Shown: in pieces, positions 1 through 7,652 of the stretch
Layout: each line of letters begins with the position of its first letter
How positions within the stretch are numbered: the first letter of the stretch is position 1
Source: Deltaproteobacteria bacterium TL4
GTDB lineage: Bacteria > SAR324 > NAC60-12
Assembly (NCBI GenBank): GCA_051382335.1
Contig: JBBCAX010000002.1
Coordinates: 1-13,314 of the forward strand
DNA: 13,314 bases
Direction: 5' to 3'
Translations under genes and position numbers: made by a program
The notes under the pieces: generated by a model
What the model was told of the DNA's origin: nothing
What the model saw: the letters and a program-made list of their open reading frames with translations, nothing else
Databases searched by the model: none

Positions 1-23
1 CTCAATTTATTAAAGTAGCTCAT
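1..23 (-). CDS. 5' end of an unidentified gene running off the window (MSYFNKL...)
   Basis: The minus strand reads GGAGG-ACCT-ATG AGC TAC TTT AAT AAA TTG. GGAGG lies at 28-32, ATG at 23-21, and the frame is open to the window edge. Confidence 0.55.
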
Positions 24-108
24 AGGTCCTCCTTACAATACATTTGAAATACTGAAAATTATGTAAAAGAGGAGGATACCCGTGAACTCGCTAAAATCCA
101 GGCTTTAT

Positions 109-440
109 TTAGGAAAGATGTCTATTAACGGTTCCCTCCTTCAAAGACTCAAAATCATGATCGTAGACTTGAAGAACTTCTTGGGTATAGAGTTTTCCTT
201 CTCGGTACAGATTCCCTAATGCCTCTTTTTTTTTGCGTCGATACTGATAATCGGATTTCCTGCTTTTTCATAGTCTTCCTTCAAACGAGCAATGTTTTCA
301 AACTGTTGTTCATCGCGAAACTCAGATTGGCCGATACTCAGCGATTTGCTTGCGAAACGATAAGAATATCCATGTTTCTTGAGAAGTTGTTCCACGATCC
401 AGGGACTGACATCCAGGCCTTCAGCTCTCATGAGTCCACT
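109..440 (-). pseudogene. ISAzo13-family (Rhodopirellula-type) transposase, internal fragment, frameshifted
   Basis: ORF 216..431 gives LLKKHGYSYRFASKS...RDEQQFENIARLKEDYEKAGNPIISIDAKKK. After a shift at the A9 run (226-234) it continues EALGNLYREGKLYTQEVLQVYDHDFESLKEGTV, matching the family's ISxDxKKKE..GN and DHDF motifs. Both termini of the protein are missing. Confidence 0.85.
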
Positions 441-616
441 GCGTCAATATCAATCTTCAGGGAAATCAAAGTCGTTTCATCGAAGGACTCAACGACATTC
501 GTCTTAAGATTATCGCCTTATTTTTAAACCAACTGAAATCATTGCTTTAATATTGAAACATGAAGTTGAATAATTACACTATTGTTCTCGATTGCGGTTC
601 TGCGGGGTTCCGTCAA

Positions 617-1369
617 TCAACGTGTTTCTTTTTTGGGATGGAGTGTCCGTTCCATGGTTTCTTTTGAGGTAAGCAGCAATTGCGCTACTGTGAAAAACTC
701 CGCATGAATGGCTCGTTTCAAGGCTTTTTCGTAAGGTTGTCGAAATAATCTTTTTTGATGAATCAGTGCCTTCGCAGGAAAAGACGCCATTTTTTTTGCG
801 TGCTCAAAAGCCTCCTCGTATAGCGTTTCCTTAGGATAGATATCAGAAACTAGCCCAATTTTTTTGGCTTCGGTTGCATTAATTTTTTCTCCTGACAAAA
901 GTCGTCTCGCATGTTGCCGACCAACCCATTGAGGTAAAAGTACACTGGAGCCGGCCTCGGTGCAAATTCCCATTTCAACAAAAGGATAATGGAAAATCGC
1001 ATCGGAGGAAGCATAGATGGCTTCCCCATGCAATGGAAGCGTGGCGCCAACCCCCATAGCGAGTCCATTGATGGCAAAAATCAAAGGTTTTTTGATACGC
1101 GGAAGGAAATTCAGAAAGCGTGGAATGACAAATAATTTCCAAGGTTTGCTAAGCTGTGCAAAGCAGTCCTTAAAATCATTGCCACTTGAAAAGGCATCGC
1201 CTGTTCCCTGAATTAAGATCACATGGACCTCCGATTTGCGCTCTCCGTGTTTAATGGCCTTTATCAGTAATCCATACATTTCAATATTGAGGGCGTTTTT
1301 CTTTTCCGGTCGATTCAAGGTAATGATTAAAACATTATGACGAATTTCTTTTTTTATCAAATTTTCCAT
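617..1369 (-). CDS. Enoyl-CoA hydratase/isomerase (crotonase) family protein, probably delta3,delta2-enoyl-CoA isomerase-like
   Basis: Motifs ITLNRPEKKNAL, AFSSGND, KPLIFAINGLAMGVGATL and EAGSS are present. Only the second catalytic Glu is retained, as in isomerases. Confidence 0.9.
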   Translation of the reverse strand: MENLIKKEIRHNVLIITLNRPEKKNALNIEMYGLLIKAIKHGERKSEVHVILIQGTGDAFSSGNDFKDCFAQLSKPWKLFVIPRFLNFLPRIKKPLIFAINGLAMGVGATLPLHGEAIYASSDAIFHYPFVEMGICTEAGSSVLLPQWVGRQHARRLLSGEKINATEAKKIGLVSDIYPKETLYEEAFEHAKKMASFPAKALIHQKRLFRQPYEKALKRAIHAEFFTVAQLLLTSKETMERTLHPKKETR

Positions 1370-1402
1370 GCTTTTCCTTTACATATGATGGATTAAGAGC
1401 AA

Positions 1403-2179
1403 CTAGTTAAGGGGATCCACAAAAACAGGGGTTGCGTCCAAGTGCATGGACTTACAGAGATCATAAAACTCCAGAGGAATCCGGGCTTGTAACGCTTTTG
1501 CATTATAATGAATTGTTTTCATGTCCGTTTTCTGTTCTTGGTTTCCGCCAAAGAGCACTACGTTCCCAATGGGTTGTGTGGGAGCGTAGATGACTTGGGG
1601 GAATACTTCCTGCCAAAAGGGCAGTTGGAGATTGAGTGGCATTCGCAAGGTCCAGACATTTCCTACAACCCAACTTTGAGGCTTCAGACAATTTTTTAAT
1701 TGACTCAAAAATAGAGGGGTCATCAGGTAAGTAGGGGTCCCGTGAGGGCCAAACGCATCCAGCATGATTAAGTCATACTGCTTGTTACATTGTGGAACCC
1801 ACTTCCCCGCATCAGCGATATGAATTTGAATTTTTTGTGTCTGGGGCATGTCAAAATATTGGGAGGCAACCAGGGGAATGTCCGGGTTGTTTTCAATAAC
1901 GTCATGGGTGATGGCGGGGAAATGAGTGTGAATGAAGCGAAGTATATTTCCAGCCCCTAAGCCAATATGTAAAACGGATTTTGTCTCAGGCTTTAAGACA
2001 AAGCCCAACATCATGTATTGAGTATATTTGAGTAAAAGATGATCAGGGTTGACCAAAGAAACAGCACTCTGAACAACCGTATTTCCAAAACGTAATTCCC
2101 GTCTTCCTGTTTTATCTATAACTTGTACGGTGTTTCCTTCAGCGCAAATTTCAAAGATAATTTTTTCCTTTTTCCACAT
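1403..2179 (-). CDS. Spermidine-synthase-like class I SAM-dependent methyltransferase
   Basis: RRELRFG..VQSA, YTQYMM, the SAM-binding motif VLHIGLGAG, IHIADA and YDLIMLDAF. Confidence 0.85.
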   Translation of the reverse strand: MWKKEKIIFEICAEGNTVQVIDKTGRRELRFGNTVVQSAVSLVNPDHLLLKYTQYMMLGFVLKPETKSVLHIGLGAGNILRFIHTHFPAITHDVIENNPDIPLVASQYFDMPQTQKIQIHIADAGKWVPQCNKQYDLIMLDAFGPHGTPTYLMTPLFLSQLKNCLKPQSWVVGNVWTLRMPLNLQLPFWQEVFPQVIYAPTQPIGNVVLFGGNQEQKTDMKTIHYNAKALQARIPLEFYDLCKSMHLDATPVFVDPLN

Positions 2180-2188
2180 CGTTATTTT

Positions 2189-2932
2189 TTAGTCCTCTTT
2201 CGTATATTCCATTTCATCCTCCGAAAAAGAGTCTTCGATATCCTCGGGAGGGGAGGAGCTTATTTCTTCGTGGAACCAGGGGTTGCGAAGTTTGTGAAAA
2301 CGATTAACGAGAGTATGGATGAATTGTTTGGAATAGTTGTATTTAAAAAGATGCGAAACCGAGCCCACCAGAACTGTAGTGATCTGAGTTACCAAGCTGA
2401 AAAATGGTTGGAAGGGAAGCGCATGGTAAAGCTTTATTCCTGAAAAAAGCAAGGTCACCATGAGTCCCAACGCCCCCAAATAGGGCCCTATTGTACGTTC
2501 AATCCAAAGTACGCCAGAACTTCCAATATAACCGGAATGAAGCAAAAAAGGAGTGGTTAAAAAAGAAGCTTCGGAAGGGAAATTATATTTTTCGATTAAA
2601 GATTGCAGAACCGAGAGGGTTAAGATGATGACCCACGCATGATACCAACTGGCAAAAGAAGAAATATTTTTTATTTTGGGATTACTTAAACGAACAAGAA
2701 ACCAGGGCAGCGCAAGAGCTGCAGGCCCCAAAAGTTCAACCAAGGTCCCTGAAATCAGGGCACCAAACAAGCCCCCCATATTCTGGATTCCAGCCGTAGG
2801 ATAGACCTGATGAAAAACCGTTGGATCATTGAGGTCAACATTCAAAAGCGTCCATGCGAAAAAAACCCCGAATCCTTGAATTAATAACCGTTTCATGTCA
2901 AAATCGTGTTCTAACTCCATGGTCTCTCTCAT
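2189..2932 (-). CDS. Membrane protein consisting of an FtsK N-terminal 4TM-like domain only
   Basis: Hydrophobic segments with DP...IQNMGGLFGALISGTLVELLG and GYIG, as in FtsK_4TM. It ends in an acidic tail and has no Walker motifs. Confidence 0.7.
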   Translation of the reverse strand: MRETMELEHDFDMKRLLIQGFGVFFAWTLLNVDLNDPTVFHQVYPTAGIQNMGGLFGALISGTLVELLGPAALALPWFLVRLSNPKIKNISSFASWYHAWVIILTLSVLQSLIEKYNFPSEASFLTTPFLLHSGYIGSSGVLWIERTIGPYLGALGLMVTLLFSGIKLYHALPFQPFFSLVTQITTVLVGSVSHLFKYNYSKQFIHTLVNRFHKLRNPWFHEEISSSPPEDIEDSFSEDEMEYTKED

Positions 2933-2938
2933 TATTTA

Positions 2939-3457
2939 TCAAACTGTAGTTCTTTGCCTCAGGATGATTTCACCCACAAATGCCGCAACTTCTGGATGGA
3001 CATATCCTTCAATATTTTCTCCCAACAAGGCCAGTTCGCGAACCAATGAGGAACTCACGACAGAAAGTGCGGGCGTTCCAAAAAGGCAAAAGGTTTCAAT
3101 TTCTGAGTCGATGCCCTGATTGCCCACGGCTTGCTGCAATTCGACTTGAAAATCGGTATAATTCCGGAGTCCTTTGACGAGAGCCGTGGCTTTTTTTTGT
3201 TGGGCGTATCTGATCGTGGAACCTGTAAACACATCAAGCGTTACATTCTTCAAACCATAATGCTTGAGATACACATTCATCATCTGAAGACGCTCTTCCG
3301 CGGTGAAAATATATTGTTTCGTAGGGTTTACCGCGGCAGACCAGTAAAGGTGATCAAAGTGCTTTGCCGCACGCAGAAGAATATCACCGTGTCCCCAAGT
3401 CGGAGGATTCGCACTGGTTGGATAGATTGCTATACGAGGCGTTGTCATCGGGACCAC
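2939..3457 (-). CDS. coaD: Pantetheine-phosphate adenylyltransferase
   Basis: IAIYPTSANPPTWGH (TxGH motif), NPTKQYIFTAEER, KGLR..TDF..E, IETFCL and SSSLVRELA; the length of ~170 aa fits CoaD. Confidence 0.9.
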   Translation of the reverse strand: MVPMTTPRIAIYPTSANPPTWGHGDILLRAAKHFDHLYWSAAVNPTKQYIFTAEERLQMMNVYLKHYGLKNVTLDVFTGSTIRYAQQKKATALVKGLRNYTDFQVELQQAVGNQGIDSEIETFCLFGTPALSVVSSSLVRELALLGENIEGYVHPEVAAFVGEIILRQRTTV

Positions 3458-3913
3458 ATCATTTGTTGGGTGTTATTGTTGTCAATAGTTTCCTACTATT
3501 TACCATGATTCTCGCCTGAGAGTACTTCTTGTGTTTGAAATTTTCCAGGTGAAACGTGGGCATTAACGTTTAGTTTCATTTTTTGTTAAGGTTGCTGATG
3601 ACGTTGAGCATAAAAGGCTCAAGGAATTTACTCCTGGGACAGGGCGGGGGTATTCTTGATTCATGCAATAAACACGCTTTTTTTGAGGAGGTATTCGAAA
3701 AAGGTTGCCTCTCACTTTAAAAACTGCTAAACAACCGCAGTTTAAACGCACTAGGAGTATCGGGCTGTGAGTGTAAGATTTTGTCGTTACGAAGTTGTCT
3801 TATTTCTTGAGCATTCCCTGAAAAAGTGGATCTCCGCCGAGCTCGTTGTACGCTACCGGTTCAAAATCCTTGGGGCTTTGAGGCTCTTTGGGGTTAGGGG
3901 ATTGTTATCATCT

Positions 3914-3920
3914 AGAGGAG
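3914..3920 (+). promoter_or_regulatory. Ribosome-binding site of rpmB
   Basis: AGAGGAG lies 6 nt before the ATG at 3927. Confidence 0.7.
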
Positions 3921-3926
3921 TATACC

Positions 3927-4121
3927 ATGTCAGTCAAGTGTGATATTTGTAATAAATCCAATCAATTCGGGCACAATGTCAGTCATTCCAATCGGAGAAC
4001 AATCAAGCGCTGGAAGCCCAATCTTCAAAGTGTCAACATTCCTTCAATTAAAGGGAGAAAGAAAAAAATGAAGGTCTGTACACAGTGTATCCGCTCAGGA
4101 AGAACCTTGACCATCCGCTAA
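3927..4121 (+). CDS. rpmB: 50S ribosomal protein L28 (zinc-ribbon form)
   Basis: MSVKCDICNK...GHNVSHSNRRTIKRWKPNLQ...KVCTQCIRSG. The start is placed at ATG 3927 because of the RBS, rather than at the upstream TTG. Confidence 0.97.
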   Translation: MSVKCDICNKSNQFGHNVSHSNRRTIKRWKPNLQSVNIPSIKGRKKKMKVCTQCIRSGRTLTIR

Positions 4122-4145
4122 AATCGTATTTATTAAACGGAAGCA

Positions 4146-4997
4146 ATGATTCATGAGAATTATTCTCAAATTTTCATATTAGGTCCCGAGGGCACGTTTA
4201 GTGATGAGGCGGCAAAGGCTATTTGTACCGATTTTTCTCAGTTGACCTATACCAAAACCATTGCGTCAACGTTGAAACATGTGGTGCAATATCCGGATTC
4301 TGTGGCGGTGATTCCTATTGAGAACTCAGTGGCCGGAGTGATCGATCAAGTCCAGGACTTGTTGGTGAGTCATGAGTTAGTCATCTTGCAGGAAATCAAC
4401 ATTCCGATCCGATATACGGTACTGGCCAATGCGGATTTGGATCAAATCACTTTATGTTACGCGCATCCTCAGGCTTCGGAGCAGACCATCAACTTTATAG
4501 GTCAAAATTTTCCTGAGGCAGAGATTTTATTTACCAATAGTAACGCGGATTCAGGCATACAGTTTCTTAAGGCTCAGCGAAAGAAGAAAACCGTCGCTGC
4601 GATCATTCCTTACACGTTGACAGAAAAATACGCGGAGTTTGTAGTCAACCGTGACAAGCAGACGAATGTTCAGGATTATGAGAATAACACCACTCGCTTT
4701 ATCGTGGTGCGAAAGAGTCGGGGAACCGAAGCCTTTGACTTTGGACGAAAAAAGACGTCTTTGTTCATTGAGCTTAATGAAGATCACTCCGGCATGTTGT
4801 TTGATTTGCTCAAGATCTTCAAAGAATATGAGATCAATTTATGTCGCCTCGAATCTCGGCCTTCTAAAAAGGTGCCTTGGGTGTATGTGTTTTACGTTGA
4901 TTTTCATAATAACCAAAATACCAAAGCGTGCCTGGCAAGTCTCAACGCTTCTTTTTTTATCCACAAGGTGCTCGGAAGCTACGATGTTTTGACCTGA
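4146..4997 (+). CDS. pheA: Monofunctional prephenate dehydratase with ACT domain
   Basis: LGPEGTFS, PIENSVAG, HPQA..Q, NTTRF and LESRPS motifs. There is no N-terminal chorismate mutase domain. Confidence 0.95.
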   Translation: MIHENYSQIFILGPEGTFSDEAAKAICTDFSQLTYTKTIASTLKHVVQYPDSVAVIPIENSVAGVIDQVQDLLVSHELVILQEINIPIRYTVLANADLDQITLCYAHPQASEQTINFIGQNFPEAEILFTNSNADSGIQFLKAQRKKKTVAAIIPYTLTEKYAEFVVNRDKQTNVQDYENNTTRFIVVRKSRGTEAFDFGRKKTSLFIELNEDHSGMLFDLLKIFKEYEINLCRLESRPSKKVPWVYVFYVDFHNNQNTKACLASLNASFFIHKVLGSYDVLT

Positions 4998-5034
4998 TTT
5001 TCAATGGTGTTTCACTTTCATTATCTTGCATATC

Positions 5035-6189
5035 ATGCTTCGACATGCCGCTGTATTCAAAACACCTCAAAGCCATCTCGACTTGACCCTTCCAGATGAT
5101 GAATCCTTATGGAATCAACTCTGTGAACACTTGTATCTGTCAGGATTCCTGTTTGATGACGCGGCGCGGACGGAAGTACAGCAAGGGGAAGACGTTCTTT
5201 GCGACTTTTTTGAGCAAGAAAGTGAACTGTTTACAAAGTGGCTTCAACGAGATCGTTTACAACGCTTTATTGCTTATTTTCAAGAACTTAACCTGCCTCG
5301 TGAAACATTAAAAAAAAAATTGCGTCAAAGAATCCTTAAGTTTTTTGATCAGTTAACGCGAGGTCAGCATCATCATTTCAATTTTCGTCGTAACATTCAT
5401 TTAGGGCTTATCAGCGAGCAAGCGCATCCCTTTCATGATTTCTTGTTATGTTTGGAAGCGTATTACAGGATGTTTCTGGACCAGGGCGAGAAGGTAGAGG
5501 TGTCCCAAAGGTACTCCATCCAGGAGATATTGAATCTCCGTCAGGAAATTCGAGAAGGCCTTGAGAAGCATAAGCTTGTGGAGTTATTGTTGAATGACAT
5601 CCGCCGTAAAGGTCGGGTTCACATTCCTGAAAACACCGAGCGTTCATCGGCGAAGCATGTTACTATTCAATTTGTTCGTCCCTCACAGCGTTCACAACTC
5701 AAACCGTCCAGTTTGAGCGCTAAAGCAACACAGAACCACACGACCTCAAATGATGGGGGACCTGTTTCCTCACAGGAGAGACCTCAGACCTCACCGCAAA
5801 AGCAGGAAACTGCTCCGGTTGAACAAAAGTCGGAGGAACCGGATTATGAAGAGTTTTTAGAGGAGAATAACCAGCGCGATAATGACGCTCTGGATGAGGA
5901 CGTGGTGTATGGTACGGCCAAGATCACCTGGGACTCCATGGCACAGTTTGTTATGGACTATCCTGACAGTGCTTTAAAATTTATTTTCCGAAAAAACCTG
6001 GATGAAAAAGTATTAGAAAAAGGAATAGGCAAAGTCTATGACTCTTGGGAGAAGCGTGGAATGAAGCGAATTCATGTTCAAAAGTGTATTTTGGAATTAA
6101 TGGAATGGAAGGAATTTCCTAAAAAATCAATGGCTAATCTTTGGGACGAAATAAAGGACAAAATTTATGATATCCGACATGGAGAATGA
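5035..6189 (+). CDS. Hypothetical protein (N-terminal helical region, low-complexity linker, C-terminal ~95-aa domain)
   Basis: Long open frame co-oriented in the gene run and overlapping the next gene. The start is either TTG 5026 or ATG 5035. No family was recognised. Confidence 0.8.
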   Translation: MLRHAAVFKTPQSHLDLTLPDDESLWNQLCEHLYLSGFLFDDAARTEVQQGEDVLCDFFEQESELFTKWLQRDRLQRFIAYFQELNLPRETLKKKLRQRILKFFDQLTRGQHHHFNFRRNIHLGLISEQAHPFHDFLLCLEAYYRMFLDQGEKVEVSQRYSIQEILNLRQEIREGLEKHKLVELLLNDIRRKGRVHIPENTERSSAKHVTIQFVRPSQRSQLKPSSLSAKATQNHTTSNDGGPVSSQERPQTSPQKQETAPVEQKSEEPDYEEFLEENNQRDNDALDEDVVYGTAKITWDSMAQFVMDYPDSALKFIFRKNLDEKVLEKGIGKVYDSWEKRGMKRIHVQKCILELMEWKEFPKKSMANLWDEIKDKIYDIRHGE

Positions 6190-6931
6190 AAAGCCCATAC
6201 TCCTTTTTGTCGCCGGAGATATTGAACTGAGATCGATTATTTCAGAAACTATTTTTTTGAATGAAAGCGTTCATGAAGGATGGTGCTACTATGATGATGC
6301 CAGAATCAAGGTGGTACATACGGGGATTGGCGCCATGAACGCGGTTTGTGCCGCTTATAGTTTCATCAAAGCTTTTCAGCCCTGTGCTTGTTTGCAACTC
6401 GGTTTATCCGGTGCACATCGTCCGGAGTTAAAGATAGGTGATATTGTGATCGGGAAAAGTGTGCGCGAATTCACCAGACATACGAAAAGTCCCACTGGAG
6501 AGATTATCCCCAGACACTCACTGATCCAGAAAAAACATCGTATTCAGCGTTATTTAGAGTATCATGCAGATGTAAAATTAGTTGAAGAGATGCAATCGGT
6601 TTTTAGTACCCACCAGCTTCAATTTTACCAAGGCATCTTGGGAGGTGGTGATCAATTCAACAGGGATCCTCAATTTATTCATAAAATTCAAAAAGCCTAT
6701 GGCACCTGGTGCGAAGATATGGAAAGCGCTGCTGTCGCTTACGCAGCAACTCGACTGAACGTCCCTTACCTTGGTATCCGCGTGATCTCTAATAATGAAT
6801 TAGTCCCCGAAACTCAAAGCAATGAAGGGGAACGGTTTCAAGAGGCGGCCTTTTTGGCACTTCAACGGATAGGAACCCTGATTCTTTCTCATTTTAATCA
6901 GGAAGGCACCACACCGATCCACAATGAGTGA
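6179..6931 (+). CDS. MTA/SAH nucleosidase family (PNP_UDP_1) enzyme, possibly futalosine-hydrolase-like
   Basis: AxxxE near the N-terminus, TGIGAMNA, GLSGA...LKIGDIVIG, GDQF, DMESAAVA and IRVISN. The start is ATG 6179 or 6167. Confidence 0.85.
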   Translation: MENEKPILLFVAGDIELRSIISETIFLNESVHEGWCYYDDARIKVVHTGIGAMNAVCAAYSFIKAFQPCACLQLGLSGAHRPELKIGDIVIGKSVREFTRHTKSPTGEIIPRHSLIQKKHRIQRYLEYHADVKLVEEMQSVFSTHQLQFYQGILGGGDQFNRDPQFIHKIQKAYGTWCEDMESAAVAYAATRLNVPYLGIRVISNNELVPETQSNEGERFQEAAFLALQRIGTLILSHFNQEGTTPIHNE

Positions 6932-7643
6932 TGTACAACAGATGGCAGAAACAATTAAAGATGAGTTAAACGCGGACCTTGTTCGGTCGATTATGGCGGG
7001 AAATGGACTCGTTGTCAGTGAATTACAATGGAAACTCATAGAGCAGTGGGAGCAGCTCGTGATCGCACAGAATCAATATCTTAATCTCATTTCACGTAAA
7101 GATATTTCAAGATTTTGGGAAAAGCATGTGCTGCACTGTGCCTCATTACTGGTGGTTCGTCCGATTCCGCCGGATATTCAGCTTTGTGATTTTGGGACAG
7201 GCGGTGGATTTCCCGGAATTTTGCTGGCTATTTTGCGCCCCGATTTACAGGTTGTATTGATTGATTCCACACAGAAAAAAATCCGTGCTGTGGAGAGGTT
7301 TATTTCCGAATTAGCGTTACCCAATGCTCATGCGGTTTCAGGCAGGGGTGAAGAATTAGCACAACAGGTTCAATATAAAAATCAATTTTCAGTAGTGGTA
7401 GCCCGTGCGGTGGCACCCCTGAAACAATTGGAGTTTTGGACTCGGAAACTGAGGAAACAGAACAGTGTGTTACATGTTTACAAGGGCGGAGATCTCACAG
7501 AGGAGTTGGCTGAGCTTTCTGCTTTGAAACCACAACCCAAGCAAGAAATTACCCACATCAATTTAAAGGGGTATTCTGAATTTGTTAAAGATAAAAAAAT
7601 GATTGTCAGTCTCCATTTCAATAAAAGTTACATTAAAGGATAA
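6924..7643 (+). CDS. rsmG: 16S rRNA (guanine(527)-N7)-methyltransferase
   Basis: NLISRKD...HVLH, DFGTGGGFPGI, LIDSTQKK, GRGEE, VVARAVAPL and YKG. Confidence 0.95.
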   Translation: MSDVQQMAETIKDELNADLVRSIMAGNGLVVSELQWKLIEQWEQLVIAQNQYLNLISRKDISRFWEKHVLHCASLLVVRPIPPDIQLCDFGTGGGFPGILLAILRPDLQVVLIDSTQKKIRAVERFISELALPNAHAVSGRGEELAQQVQYKNQFSVVVARAVAPLKQLEFWTRKLRKQNSVLHVYKGGDLTEELAELSALKPQPKQEITHINLKGYSEFVKDKKMIVSLHFNKSYIKG

Positions 7644-7652
7644 AGAATTCAA

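Noticed and set aside
3563..3751. 62-aa ORF in the coaD-rpmB spacer
   Set aside because: No RBS, non-ATG start and no recognisable motifs.
3600..3920. 6S RNA, SRP RNA, RNase P, tmRNA, tRNA or a CsrA-sponge sRNA in the spacer
   Set aside because: No diagnostic motifs were found, and the scattered GGA trinucleotides are not consistently in hairpin loops.
3888..3926. N-terminal extension of L28 from TTG 3888
   Set aside because: The strong RBS precedes ATG 3927 and L28 homology starts there.
1403..7643. A dedicated SAM/polyamine system linking the spermidine-synthase-like gene, the nucleosidase and rsmG
   Set aside because: The genes are in different, divergent operons among unrelated housekeeping genes, so co-location alone is not evidence.
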